Positions 1 through 13,404 of a DNA stretch of 64,000 nt are shown one piece after another (the first letter of the stretch is position 1; every line of letters begins with the position of its first letter). Source of the stretch: Octopus vulgaris (taxonomy: Eukaryota); assembly GCA_951406725.2 (NCBI GenBank), contig OX597818.1, positions 53,754,001 through 53,818,000 of the forward strand, given 5' to 3'. The notes under the pieces are model-generated. The model ran no database searches. It was not told the DNA's origin and worked only from the letters and a program-made list of their open reading frames with translations. A program made the translations under genes and the position numbers.

Positions 1-710
1 AGATAATTGTGTAAGTTTAGAATAAGATCATATTCTTAAAAAATATTTGATAAGATCTTATTTAAAAAGTATACAAAGCAGAGTTATCCATCTAGAAATG
101 AGTGCGAACACACAGATTACGTTGGCATGAAGTAGCCCAGATTTCTCCATGACTACCACTGTTAGCATGGAGTTTGGAGCAGCCAAATGCATCCGTCAAC
201 ATCTGCGGAGGATGAGTCAAAATATAAGGTAATTTCTCTAGGATAGCCCTGCCTCCACTTGTGATAATTGTACTGTTGTTTTACTGTCATTTCAAGTCCC
301 GTATTCCGGCGCTAATCGGTTCTCCATGACTATCACAGCTAAGCAATATCTGCCACACCATGGCGGATATTGTTGATACAGAATCGTTTATTGTTTGGGA
401 AACACCAAATTCGACTAATAATAGCTTTGTTTTATTGTTACAAAGGATTGGGTGGAGTATATTACACGGACACTTAGTAGAAATCGTGGGCGGATGACGA
501 AGAGTTTTACGACAATTATGCTGACTGTTATTGCATCGTTGACTATTATCGCTGCTGTTACATTGCCATACTTGTGTGAATACACAGATCCTGTTCACTG
601 ACCAATGAATCCCTTTCAAATACAGGGAAAAAGTTATCGCATAAAGCAGACCCAAAGGATTTTCATAGATAGGGTGCATATGTGAACAAAAAATAAAACT
701 AAACATAACA
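1..710. repeat. Left arm of a long inverted duplication (partner ~3419-4142); may extend beyond the window start
   Basis: Reverse complement of 3419-4142 throughout, e.g. GATGAGTCAAAATATAAGGTAATTTCTCTAGGATAGCCCTGCCTCCACTTGTGATAA. Roughly 90% identical by eye, with an 18-bp indel near 531-548. Confidence 0.93.
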
Positions 711-852
711 AAAGTTTGTGAATTCATTCTTCTTTGGTTTCCCTCTAAATTCATCGAATTTCAGATGATTTGTCTTATAGTATCACTTCAGTTTGATCTT
801 TTTCACCATGCATACAGTAAAGATCTATGAAAGCATAAGTAGTAGACATATA

Positions 853-1271
853 GGCACAGGAGTGGCTGTGTGGTAAGTAGCTTGCTTACGAACCACATGG
901 TTCCGGGTTCAGTCCCACTGCGTGGCACCTTGGGCAAGTGTCTTCTGCTATAGCCTCGGGCCGACCAAAGCCTTGTGAGTGAATTTGGTAGACGGAAACT
1001 GAAAGAAGCCCGTCGTATATATGTATATATATATATGTGCGTGTGTGAGTTTGTGTGTCTGTGTTTGTCCCCCAAGCATTGCTTGACAACCGATGCTGGT
1101 GTGTTTATGTCCCCGTTACTTAGCGGTTCGGCAAAAAGAGACCGATAGAATAAGTACTGGGCTTACAAAAAGAATAAGTCCCGGGGTCGAGTTGCTCGAT
1201 TAAAGGCGGTGCTCCAGCATGGCCGCAGTCAAATGACTGAAACAAGTAAAAGAGTAAAAGAGTAAAAGAGT
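853..1271 (+). mobile_element. tRNA-derived SINE, family A (head GGCRYAGGAGTGGCTGTGTGG, internal (TA)n/(TG)n, (AAAAGAGT)n tail)
   Basis: A-box-like TGGCTGTGTGG and B-box-like GGGTTCAGTCCC; many near-identical copies in the window. Confidence 0.9.
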
Positions 1272-1460
1272 ATACAAAATGTCAAATCGTCGACCCTTAT
1301 TGCAGTCTTATCAGAGGTATCCTCATCACTTGATCAGTAACAGAGAAACAAGCGATCAATCTGTTTATATGCACATCGAATCTAATAGCTTCAGAGAAAT
1401 GAAGCCATTAATTTGTATACCCTAATTGCTTGACACTTCATTTAATATTAGAAGCCTCTA

Positions 1461-3318
1461 AGGCGGCGAGCTGGCAGAAACGTTAGCACGCCAGGCGAAA
1501 TGCTTAGCGGTATTTCGTCTGCCGTTACGTTCTGAGTTCAAATTCCGCCGAGGTCGGCTTTGCCTTTCATCCTTTCGGGGTCGATAAATTAAGTACCAGT
1601 TACGCACTGGGGTCAATATAATCGACTTAATCCGTTTGTCTGTCCTTGTTTGTCCCCTCTGTGTGTAACCCCTTGTGGGTAGTAAAGAAATAGGTATTTC
1701 TCTGTCTTTACGTCCTGAGTTCAAATTCCGCCGAGGTCGACTTTGCCTTTCATCCTTTCGGGGTCGATAAATTAAGTACCAGTTACGCACTGGGGTCAAT
1801 ATAATCGACTTAATCCGTTTGTCTGTCCTTGTTTGTCCCCTCTGTGTGTAACTCCTTGTGGGTAGTAAAGAAATAGGTATTTCTCTGTCTTTACGTCCTG
1901 AGTTCAAATTCCGCCGAGGTCGACTTTGCCTTTCATTCTTTCGGGGTCGATAAATTAAGTACCAGTTACGCACTGGGGTCAATATAATCGACTTAATCCG
2001 TTTGTCCGTCCTTGTTTGTCCCCTCTGTGTGTAACTCCTTGTGGGTAGTAAAGAAATAGGTATTTCTCTGTCTTTACGTCCTGAGTTCAAATTCCGCCGA
2101 GGTCGACTTTGCCTTTCATTCTTTCGGGGTCGATAAATTAAGTACCAGTTACGCACTGGGGTCAATATAATCGACTTAATCCGTTTGTCCGTCCTTGTTT
2201 GTCCCCTCTGTGTGTAACTCCTTGTGGGTAGTAAAGAAATAGGTATTTCTCTGTCTTTACGTCCTGAGTTCAAATTCCGCCGAGGTCGACTTTGCCTTTC
2301 ATTCTTTCGGGGTCGATAAATTAAGTACCAGTTACGCACTGGGGTCAATATAATCGACTTAATCCGTTTGTCCGTCCTTGTTTGTCCCCTCTGTGTGTAA
2401 CTCCTTGTGGGTAGTAAAGAAATAGGTATTTCTCTGTCTTTACGTCCTGAGTTCAAATTCCGCCGAGGTCGACTTTGCCTTTCATTCTTTCGGGGTCGAT
2501 AAATTAAGTACCAGTTACGCACTGGGGTCAATATAATCGACTTAATCCGTTTGTCCGTCCTTGTTTGTCCCCTCTGTGTGTAACTCCTTGTGGGTAGTAA
2601 AGAAATAGGTATTTCTCTGTCTTTACGTCCTGAGTTCAAATTCCGCCGAGGTCGACTTTGCCTTTCATTCTTTCGGGGTCGATAAATTAAGTACCAGTTA
2701 CGCACTGGGGTCAATATAATCGACTTAATCCGTTTGTCCGTCCTTGTTTGTCCCCTCTGTGTGTAACTCCTTGTGGGTAGTAAAGAAATAGGTATTTCTC
2801 TGTCTTTACGTCCTGAGTTCAAATTCCGCCGAGGTCGACTTTGCCTTTCATTCTTTCGGGGTCGATAAATTAAGTACCAGTTACGCACTGGGGTCAATAT
2901 AATCGACTTAATCCGTTTGTCCGTCCTTGTTTGTCCCCTCTGTGTGTAACTCCTTGTGGGTAGTAAAGAAATAGGTATTTCTCTGTCTTTACGTCCTGAG
3001 TTCAACTTCCGCCGAGGTCGACTTTGCCTTTCATCCTTTCGGGGTCGATAAATTAAGTACCAGTTACGCACTGCGGTCGATATAATTGATTTAATCTGTT
3101 TTTCTGTCCTTGGTTGACCTCTCTGTGTTTAACCCCTTGTGGGTAGTAAAGAAATAGGTATTTCTCTGTCTTTACGTCCTGAGTTCAACTTCCGCCGAGG
3201 TCGACTTTGCCTTTCATCCTTTCGGGATCGATAAATTAAGTACCAGTTACGTACTGAGATCGATCTAATCGACTGGCCCCCTTCCCAAATTTCTATCTTT
3301 GTGCCTAGAGTAGAAAAG
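1461..3318 (+). mobile_element. SINE family B with internal tandem array of ~10 x 183-bp units, bounded by a 14-bp TSD
   Basis: Head GGCGGCGAGCTGGCAGAAACGTTAGC at 1461; B-box GAGTTCAAATTCC recurs at 1534, 1717 ... 3181 (period 183); TSD AATATTAGAAGCCT at 1444-1457 and 3319-3332. Confidence 0.93.
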
Positions 3319-3418
3319 AATATTAGAAGCCTGTCAACGGGAAACACAATCCACGCAGTATCAAGGTATGATAAATATGCTATATATGTATGTACGTACG
3401 TATGTATGTGTGTACGTA

Positions 3419-4142
3419 TTGTTATGTTTAGTTTTGTGTTTTGTTCACATATGCACCCCATCTATGAAAATCTTTTGGGTCTGCTTTATACGATAAATTT
3501 TTCCCTGTATTTGAAAGGGATTCATTGGTCAATGATCAGGATCGGTGTTTTCACACAAGTATGACGATGTTACAGCAGCGTTAACAGTCAGCATAATTGT
3601 CGTAAAACTCTTCGTCATCCGCCCACGATTTCTGCTAAGTGTCCGTGTAATATACTCCACCCAATCCTTTGTAACAATAAAACAAAGCTATTATTAGTCG
3701 AGTTTGGTGTTTCCCAAACAATAAACGATTCTGTATCGACAATATCCGCCATGGTGTGGCAGATATTGCTTAGCTGTGATAGCCATGGAGAACCGATTAG
3801 TGCCGGAATACGGGACTTGAAATGACAGTAAAACAACAGTACACTTATCACAAGTGGAGGCAGGGCTATCCTAGAGAAATTACCTTATATTTTGACTCAT
3901 CCCCCGCAAATATTGACGGATGCATTTGGCTGCTCCAGACTCCATGCAAACAGTGGTAGTCATGAAAAAATCTGGGCTACTTCATGCCAACATAACCCGT
4001 GAGTTCTCACTCGTTTTTGATGGACAACTCTGCTTTGGATTCTTTTTAAATAAGATCTTATCAATATTTTTTGAATATGAAATATTAAATTCTATTAAAT
4101 ATTAAATAGTAAATCTTAAATTCTAATTATACATAATTATCT
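3419..4142. repeat. Right arm of the long inverted duplication (partner 1-710)
   Basis: Reverse complement of 1-710. Confidence 0.93.
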
Positions 4143-4239
4143 ATTTATTCTTTGACCTACGCCACACGTTTTTGTAAACTCCTTATCTCAACATTCCACA
4201 TTTTGTATACATGAATGATTACTGAGCTGATTGCCTTTA

Positions 4240-5810
4240 GTGGCCAAAACTATCACCTTGAATTATATCACGTCTGATGTTCACTTTTCCAAGTATTTGT
4301 TTTCTTCCAATCAAAATTCAGTATTCCAATGTCTCATACTTTCATTAACTATTTTCTCCATATTTTCTGCCGCTCCATGCTCATTGTTTTGCTTATCCAA
4401 CTATGCGGTACCATGTCGTATGTGGAGGCGCAATGGCCCAGTGGTTAGGGCAGCGGACTCGCGGTCGTAGGATCGTGGTTTCGATTCCCGGACCAGGCGT
4501 TGTGAGTGTTTATTGAGCAAAAACACCTAAAAGCTCCATGAGGCTCCGGCAGGGGATAGTGGTGATCCCTGCTGTACTCTTTCACCACAACTTTCTCTCA
4601 CTCTTACTTCCTGTTTCTGTTGTACCTGTATTTCAAAGGGCCGGCCTTGTCACTTTCTGTGTCACGCTGAATATCCCCGAGAACTACGTTAAGGGTACAC
4701 GTGTCTGTGGAGTGCTCAGCCACTTACACGTTAATTTCACGAGCAGGCTGTTCCGTTGATTCGGATCAACCGGAACCCTCGTCGTCGTAACCGACGGAGT
4801 GCTTCCACCATGTCGTATGCTTTTTTTGTAATCTAACCATGCTACATTCAGTCCCGTCACCAATCGTCTGCAGCGTCTAATTATCATTTCATCAATTAAT
4901 AAGTGGTCTTTTGTTGCACTACTTTGTTTCCTGCATTCTTTCTTTTCTTCTGGACAAAGATTACTTTCCAGATCATTATATTTTTTCCCCGCCAAGACAT
5001 CGGCCATAAGCTTCCACGTAAGTGGCAAACAGGATTTAGGTCGAAAATGTGAGACCAAGTTCCCTTTCAAGGTGTCTTTGAGACATAACAACGTTCGTCC
5101 ACTTACCACCCAGGCATGGACGTGACCCTGCTATAGGCATGCATTTGGTTGTGCAGCGATACTTTCATGAAATTGTGTAAAGTTCTTCAGCCAATAGCCT
5201 TGTTCTCCAGCCAGGTCAGGTCCTTACCAATTTATCTTTTTTAATTTCAGTCTCAGTCTCACTAAATATAGATTAGTTATGACTTCCTTTTGTTTTGGCA
5301 CAGTTTCAAACTGCCTTTTCACCTGTGTTAGCCACTCTGCAATTCAATGACCTATTCCAAAGTTCTTCCCAAGATACTTTACTTTCTCTGCATCAGGAAT
5401 CACTTCCTGATGCTGTTTCCCCTCTATTTCCTCAAAAATACGCTTTCTATATGATTGAAATGGTCAATTCTGTTCAAAGCCTTTGCATCTAGCATCATAT
5501 CTTCTGAATTTGGCCTTTGAGGCTGTCACCCTTTGTGAAAATTCTTCATCTACTGTTTGCTTTCCCCTCTTTTCTAACTTGTACTGTCCATTAAATTTTC
5601 TGATTAATACCTCATTCTAGATTTCTCCTGTCATTATCCTTTTCAATTACCCCGGATTTTTTCCGTATCTTTTTCCAACTTCACTCGTATTCTCTTACTC
5701 CAGTTTGGTTCTTTCTTTTCGTTTCCTTTCGTTCCTTCAGTTTTCCGCTTGAATCCTTATTATGTCAGCCCCAACATTAGCAGCAGCTTTTATCTTACAC
5801 AAGCCTGACC
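4240..5810 (-). pseudogene. Decayed R4/Dong-like (RLE-type) non-LTR retrotransposon RT fragment, interrupted by a SINE
   Basis: Translation PEEKKECRKQSSATKDHLLIDEMI...VAWLDYKK, continuing with frameshifts across the SINE as AYDMVPHSWI and IIQGDSF; these are RT motifs typical of RLE-clade LINEs. Confidence 0.8.
4423..4806 (+). mobile_element. tRNA(Arg)-like SINE, family C (resembles octopus OR-type SINEs), full length
   Basis: A box TGGCCCAGTGG, B box GGTTTCGATTCCC; 13-bp TSD ACCATGTCGTATG at 4410-4422 and 4807-4819. Confidence 0.9.
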
Positions 5811-5837
5811 TTCTTACTTAATATTATTATCATTATT

Positions 5838-6394
5838 GAGTGAGAGAGCAGTGCATGCCATCAAAGTAACACTGGAGTAAAATATACGAAGCCCAGTATA
5901 CCCATCATGACTACCCGTCTGATAAGGGTACACTAGGCACATGCATCACAACCATATGTGCGCGACATGGTGATCTCATATCAAGATAAACAGCACATGA
6001 CCTTTCAGGTGGGGCCCAGTTAGAATTTTCTTCTGGTCGAAAAACCCATTCCGCTCAAAAGGTCCCTGAATAAGAGTTGTTTAAGGATGTTGAACGAAAC
6101 ACCCATGTCTCCAAAGGTGAATTATTCAAGCCCCAAAGAATCCCTCTCAACACATGGCTATGATGCTCCCCCACTACTTCTGCTCGTGATCAGAGATGCA
6201 CATATCGTCAGCCACTAAGGGTCATGCTCAATTGGTTACGGTCAAATAACCAACAAGCAAATCTGTTTGTATTGAGCAGAATATTTGCTGTGGCAAATCT
6301 TTTATGCCGAGACAAAACAATGTACATGATAACACTTCCAATCAGTAAAGATCAGAAGCCACGACACACCACTGCTTGGTACTGCATCAGAGCA

Positions 6395-6395
<1 letters not shown>
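5838..6395. mobile_element. Interspersed repeat family D embedded in (ATT)n; second copy at ~30443-30935
   Basis: About 500 bp of colinear similarity between the two copies (GAGTGAGAGAGCAGTG...CCCCACTACTTCTGCTCGTG), both flanked by (ATT)n. Confidence 0.8.
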
Positions 6396-6460
<65 letters not shown>

Positions 6461-6747
6461 GACTGTTGTTGTTGTTATTATTATTATTATTATTCTGAGT
6501 TCAAATTCCGCCAAGATTGACTTCGTCTTTCATACCCTTCAGGGAAGATCGATTACATCGAAACCAGAATTTTATCGACCTCAAAATGATGAAAGGCAAA
6601 AACCCAAGTTCAACTTTACAATAAAGTATCAATCGAGTGTAGGGAGTCGATGTAATCAACTAACCCCTCCCCTCAAAATGGTTGTCCTTCTACGAAAAAA
6701 AAGCCGAAAGAATAATATAAAAAATAAAAACATAATACAGCAATAGA

Positions 6748-6967
6748 GGCGTAGGAGTGGCTGTGTGGTAAGTAGCTTGCTTACCAACCACATGGTTCCG
6801 CGTTCAGTCCCACTGCATGGCACCTTAGGCAAGTATCTTCTACTATAGCCTCGAGCCGACCAAAGCCTTGTGGGTGGATTTGGTAGACGGAAACTGAAAG
6901 AAGCCCGTCGTATATATGTATATATATGTGTATGTGTGTGTATATATATATATATGTGTGTGTGTGC

Positions 6968-7020
<53 letters not shown>

Positions 7021-7255
7021 CATGTGTGTGTATTTGTGTCTGTGTGTATTCGTTTTTGTGTCTGTGATTGTTCCAACATCGCTTGACAACCGATACTGGT
7101 GTGTTTACGTCCCTGTCACTTAGCGGTTCGGCAAAAGAAACCGATAGAATAAGTACTAGGTTTACAGAGAATAAGTTCTGAGGTCGATTTGCTGGACTAA
7201 TTGCGATGCTCCAGCATGGCCGCAGTCAAATGCCTGAAACAAGTAAAAGAGAGAG
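6748..7255 (+). mobile_element. SINE family A
   Basis: Same head, internal microsatellite and 3' domain as 853-1271. Confidence 0.88.
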
Positions 7256-7789
7256 AGTAGAAGAGCAAAGAATGCATCAACAGGGATCGAACCACGAACC
7301 TCCGTTGTCATAAGGTAAGCATGTTGAGGTTTCTAGCATGAGTCAGCTCTGACGAAAATTCAATATTCAATAAATAAATAAATAAATAAATAAATAGAAT
7401 TAAAATCAAATGAAAGCAAAACGAAAATGATATTTTAACAAAATAGTTTTGTTTCCGCCTTTCTGTAGTAGTTCTTAACTTATCTCAGATTTGTTAATGA
7501 AATATGCTGATGCAATGAATAACGTACGGTTTATTTTTAGCAAGAATTTCAACGATTAAATAAATATATATAGGTCTTGACATGTGATTTACTCCAATGG
7601 ATTTATTCGTGTTGTTACGTTTTTCTATTCCAACTTTCATTCTCGCATATTCAGAGGGGTGTTCGTGTGTGTGGCTGTATTTGTGAGAAAGAAAGAAAGA
7701 AAGAAAGGAAGAGAGAAAGGGAGAGAGAGAGAAAGAAAGAAAGAAAGGGAGAACAGAAGGGATTTGTGGGCATATACATGCACACGTAC

Positions 7790-7889
7790 ATACGCGCGCA
7801 TACACACAAATACACACATATTCACACATACATGCATATATATATATATATCCCTATATATTTATATATACACACACACACATATATAT

Positions 7890-7964
<75 letters not shown>

Positions 7965-8080
7965 TACATACATATATATACATATATATATATACATATC
8001 TGCATACATATATATACATATATATATTTACATATACATATATATATGTATATATATATATACATATATATGCATATATG

Positions 8081-8127
<47 letters not shown>

Positions 8128-8158
8128 GCATATATATACGTATATATATATATAAATG

Positions 8159-8240
<82 letters not shown>

Positions 8241-8302
8241 CAGTATTCAGTCTCTTTGGCGAGACTCTAGTTACGTATGTATGTGCAGACATATGTATAT
8301 AA

Positions 8303-8330
<28 letters not shown>
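7790..8330. repeat. Compound (TA)n/(TACA)n/(TG)n microsatellite
   Basis: Direct reading. Confidence 0.95.
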
Positions 8331-8340
<10 letters not shown>

Positions 8341-8659
8341 AAGTGTTGAGTCCCGCCTGATTGACTGTGTCTCGTTGATTCGGTATATTCTCTTCAAACT
8401 ATTCCACATTCCACCATTAAAGTGGCAAAAGAATCTCGAACCTAGAAATGCTATGTCACTGCACCAAACACTTGATATTGTTGCGTTTCCTTTTGTCGAG
8501 GATATAAATTTATTTCACACAATAAACTTTTTATCTAATAAATCAATGGCGTGCAATCAACTGACTTCCGTTTTTATCTCTTACACATTGTGAAACTAGA
8601 CTCACTGTAATATTGTATAGTTTAGCAAATAATGCTTGTGTTACATGCATAATCATGAT

Positions 8660-9780
8660 GGTTCTGGTGGTGGTGGTGCTGGTGGTATGATCATGATCTG
8701 GTGGTGTGGTGTGGTGGGGATCGTGTTGGCGATAATGTGATGATAATGATATCGACGACGACGACGATGATGGTGGTCGTCGTGGTCGTTGTCGTGGTGG
8801 TGGTGGTGGCGGTGGTGGTGGTGGTTGTGATCGTGGTCGTGGTGGCGGTTGTGGTGGTGGTCGTGGTGGTGGTCGTGGTGGCAGTGGTGGTGGTGGTGGT
8901 GGTCGTGGTGGTCGTGGTCGTGGTCGTGGTCGTGGTGGTAGTGGTGGTGGTTGTGATCGTAATCATGATCGTGATCATGGTTGTTGGGATGGTGGCGGTG
9001 GTTGTGGTGATCGTGGTCGTGGTTGTGGTCGTGGTGGCGGTGGTGGTGGTAGTGGTGGTCGTGGTGGTCGTGGTCGTCGTGGTGGTGGTGGTGGTGGTTG
9101 TGGTGGTCATGGTCGTGGTGGTGGTAGTGGTGGTAGTGGTGTTGGTTGTTGTTGTGGTGGTGGTGGTCGTCGTGGTAGTGGTGGTCGTGGTCGTGGTCGT
9201 GGTAGTGGTCGTGGTCGTCGTGGTCGTCGTGGTCGTCGTGGTCGTGATGGTGGTGGTGGTCGTATGGTGGTGGTGGTGGTGGTGGTGGTGGTGGTGGTAG
9301 TGATCATGATCGTGATCGTGATAATGGTTGTTGGGATGGTGGCGATGATGTGATGATGATGATACCGACGACGACGACGACGACGATGGTGGTGGTGGTT
9401 GTGGTGGTGGGATTGGTGGTGATCATGATCGCGATCGTGATCATGGCTGCTGCGATGGTGGTGGTGCGGCGATGATGATATCGACGACGACGATGATGAT
9501 AGTGCTTGTGGTGGGGTTGGTGGTGATCATCATGATGATCGTGGTTGTTGGGATGGTGATGGGGATCGTGTTGGTGATGATGATGATGATATCGATGACG
9601 ACGACGACGACGACGATGATGGTGAAGGTGGTGGTTATGGTGGTGGGGTTGGTGGTGATCATGATGATGATCGTTATCATGGCTGTTGGAATTGGTTGTG
9701 GTGTGGTGGTGATTATGCTGGCGATGATGTGCTGATGATGATGATATCGACGACGATGATGATGATGGTGATGGTGGTAT
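8660..9780. repeat. Degenerate (GTG/GTC/ATG)n trinucleotide low-complexity tract
   Basis: Direct reading; source of the poly-V and poly-T ORFs. Confidence 0.95.
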
Positions 9781-9839
9781 CTAAGATGCATACAAAACCA
9801 CAAATATTGGGTTCAAATTTTTGGCACATGGCGAGCAAT

Positions 9840-10312
9840 TTCTGTGGAGGCGTAATTCGATTACATCGACTCCAATGTTCAGCTGTTACTTGACTTGTTT
9901 CATTGATCCCGAAAGGATAAAAAGCAAATTCAACCTCGGCGGAATTTGAACTCAGAACATGGAGACTGACGAAATACTGACTAGTATTTCGCTCGGTGTG
10001 TTAACAACTCTGCCAGCTCGCCGCCTTACGGGGAGGAATTAATGTTAATTTTAAATTTTAACACAAAGCCAACAATTTCTTATTTCTTTATTACCCACAA
10101 GGGGCTAAACACAGAGGGGACAAACAAAGACAGACAAACGGATTAAGTCGATTATATCGACCCCAGTGCGTAACTGGTACTTAATTTATCAACCCCGAAA
10201 GAATAAAAGGCAAAGTCGACCTCGGCGGAATTTGAACTCATAACGTAACAGCAGACAAAATACCGCAAAGCATTTCGCCCGGCGTGCTGACGATTCTGCC
10301 AGCTCGCCGCCT
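9840..10312 (-). mobile_element. Two SINE family B copies
   Basis: Reverse-complement heads CTGCCAGCTCGCCGCCTT ending ~10027 and ~10312. Confidence 0.82.
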
Positions 10313-10899
10313 TTATCATCCACATTCCCAATACGTGGAGTAGATGTCACCATCTACTCCACGTATTCCAAGCTACATCTTTTACCAGACCTGTCTCTAC
10401 CTCTCTTCGACCTGCACACTCCCTATCACTCATTCGCTAACTCAACAACCAAACCCCGTAAACTCGGCCAAATCCTCAACCCAACCCCGACCCCAGCCCT
10501 TCACCACTCACATTCCAACAGGCTGTTGTTACTTTACCCCCACCAGCTTACCAATCTCCGACGCCAAAATTCCATTCACCCCATCCATCGACGATTTTCA
10601 ACTGCCCAGCAATTCCTGACGAGCACAAAGCTTCCGTTACATACTACCGGGGCTCAGCCTCTTTGATTATTTCACCGACTTCCTCTAACGTCCATTCCAT
10701 TGAATTTCTTTATTAACGTCCATCCAATTGAATATCCAAGCCTGGACAGTCCTAGACCCTGGATCCTGTAACCAACTTCTACATTCGCACGTTTGAATGC
10801 TTTGCTTTTGGAAGAGTTTAAGAGGTTCCAGCAGCTCTCCCTGGTGAACTCTCTTCGTTCCGCATCCTTTAGTACGACTCATCGTTTCCGTTAAGCCGC

Positions 10900-11198
10900 C
10901 TCCCTAGTTCCTTCCTTCTCGAGCCACGCCTGGCTCATAAGGGCCGGATTCCCGGTTTCCTTGGCGTATAGGTTCCCCACCTGGATGGGACGCCGGTCCG
11001 TCGCAGGTGAGCTGCAAGATGCAGGAGGAAGAAGTGAGAGAAAGTTGTGGCGAAAGAGTCAGCAGAAGTTCGCCATCACTTTCTGCCGGAGCCGCGTGGA
11101 GCTTAGCTCATAAACACACACATCGCCCGGTCTGAGATTCGAACCCGCGATCCCTCGACCGCGAGTACGCTGCTCTAACCATTAGGTCATGTGCCTCC
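10900..11198 (-). mobile_element. SINE family C, variant C2
   Basis: Reverse complement of the 39696-39994 unit. Confidence 0.85.
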
Positions 11199-11607
11199 AT
11201 ACCTCTCTTGCTCATAATAAATCCACATTTTAATCGCCTTCACCAACTCTCTCTGTCACCTCTGTTAATTTCCTAGGCATCTCATCTCTATTGACCACAC
11301 CAATCTCTTCACCTCTGTTTCTTTCAATCACACTGACTTCCACTCCTATCTCCATTTCATCTCGTCCCAGGCCACTCATTCCATATCAACATCGCTTCAG
11401 AATTTCTTTCTCTCTTCCTTTTCTATAGCCTTGACCTCAACTTTTAATTCAACCGAATATAATAATCAAGTATTGCAATGTTGTATTAACATTAACTTAT
11501 TTATATTGATGAAATAAGTTAAATCAACAACGATCTTTTTTGGGGTATTAAATTTTGTTGAATCTTAACATGGCGGGATTTTTTAAAAAAAATGACTTCA
11601 ATAAATA

Positions 11608-11786
11608 GGCGTAGGAGTAGCTGTGTGGTAAGTAGCTTGCTTACCAACCACGTGGTTTCGGGTTCATTCTCACAGTGTGGCACCTTGGGCAAGTGACTTC
11701 CACTATAGCCTCGAATCAACCAAAGCCTTGTGAGTGGATTTGGTAGACAGAAACTGAAAGAAGCCTGTCGTATATATGTATGTATA

Positions 11787-11850
<64 letters not shown>

Positions 11851-12097
11851 ATATATACATATGTGTGTATGTATGTTTGTGTGTCTGTGTTTATCCTCTC
11901 CAACGTCGCTTGACAACCGATGGTGGTGTGTTTACGTCCCCGTAACTTAGCGATTCGGAAAAAGAGTCCGATAGAATAAGTACTAGGCTTACAAAGAATA
12001 AGTCCTGGTATCGATTTGCTCGACCAAAGGCGGTGCTCCAGCACAGCCGCAGTCAAATGACTGAAACAAGCAAAAGAGTAAGAGTAAAGAGTAAAAG
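11608..12097 (+). mobile_element. SINE family A
   Basis: Full head, microsatellite and tail. Confidence 0.88.
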
Positions 12098-12373
12098 AAA
12101 AGGACCAATAGTTAAAAAGTTTGAGAAGTCTATGTTTCGACACGATCGCCAAAGCTAAACCCAAACCCCGTACGACATATAGTTTATTATTATTTTTTTT
12201 TTGTCTTTTTTCCGTGAGGCTGGTTGTAAACTAACATTGTAAAATGTTGTCCTGGATATAGAAAAGACAAACTGGACCTGACTGGAGCGCCTTAGGCCAT
12301 AGGTCTACACTATCAGGGATGATCTTAGCCAAACACTATGAGCAAATTTCAGGCGTACGACCTTGCGAGGTAC

Positions 12374-12766
12374 AGTGTGTGGAAGCACTCCGTCGGTTAC
12401 GACGATGAGGGTTCCGGTTGATCCGAATCAACGGAACAGTCTGCTCGTGAAATTAACGTGTAAGTGGCTGAGCACTCCACAGACACGTGCACCCTTAACG
12501 TAGTTCTCAGGGATATTCAGCGTGACACAGAGAGTGACAAGGCCGGCCCCTTGAAATACAGGTACAACAGACAGAAACAGGAAGTAAGAGTGGAGTGGGA
12601 GAAAGTTGAGGCGAAAGAGTACAACAGGGGTCGCCACCAACCCCTGCCGGAGCCTCGTGGAGCTTTTTAGGTGTTTTCGCTCAATAAACACACACAACGC
12701 CCGGTCTGGGAATCGAAGCCGCGATCCTCCGACCGCTGCCCTAACCACTGGGCCATTGCGCCTCCA
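12374..12766 (-). mobile_element. SINE family C with TSD
   Basis: TSD CCTTGCGAGGTAC at 12361-12373 and 12767-12779. Confidence 0.9.
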
Positions 12767-13354
12767 CCTTGCGAGGTACTACACTTAAGCTCATACGTGT
12801 AAATGCATGCATTTACAATGTGCAAATGCTATTGTGCTTGTGTGTGTTTCTGTTTCTGCAGACGTGCATATATGTGTGCAACTGTGCATAAAAATATTAT
12901 ATGACAGATACCATAACACGTATTTAGTTATACATTTGGCAGAACAATTATTTTTATATATGTGTGTATCGTATTATATATATCCGTATCATATACATAT
13001 ATATATCTACCCGCATAGCCACCTACGCCTGGATATTAATGAACATACATGCATGTCTGCATATACTGTATATACATTATGTGTGTGTATGTATCTATAT
13101 GTATGTATAATGTATGTCTGTATATATACATGTAAATGTATATATGTATACATAATTATATACATACATGCATTCATACATGCATACATAGATACATACA
13201 TATGTACATACATGTATACACATATACACACACACAAATATATATATGCATACACATATACATATATATATATACCCATAAATACGCTATATATATATAC
13301 ATATATACACAGACACATAGACACACAGACACACTCACATATATATATTTATAC

Positions 13355-13404
<50 letters not shown>

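Noticed and set aside
287-754. 155-aa ORF in the inverted-repeat arm
   Set aside because: The other arm has a stop in the equivalent frame (3562-64); no recognisable domain.
1458-3071. 537-aa ORF with 61-aa repeats
   Set aside because: Antisense translation of the 183-bp SINE array; it stays open only because the unit length is divisible by 3 and stop-free in that frame. The same peptide appears at every SINE B copy.
1534-3270. CRISPR-like regular array
   Set aside because: No unique spacers; whole units are repeated and SINE-derived.
4423-4500. tRNA gene
   Set aside because: tRNA-like head of a TSD-flanked SINE; no complete cloverleaf or terminator.
7494-9803. Poly-YI, poly-V and poly-T ORFs (and similar ones throughout the window)
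   Set aside because: Microsatellite translations.
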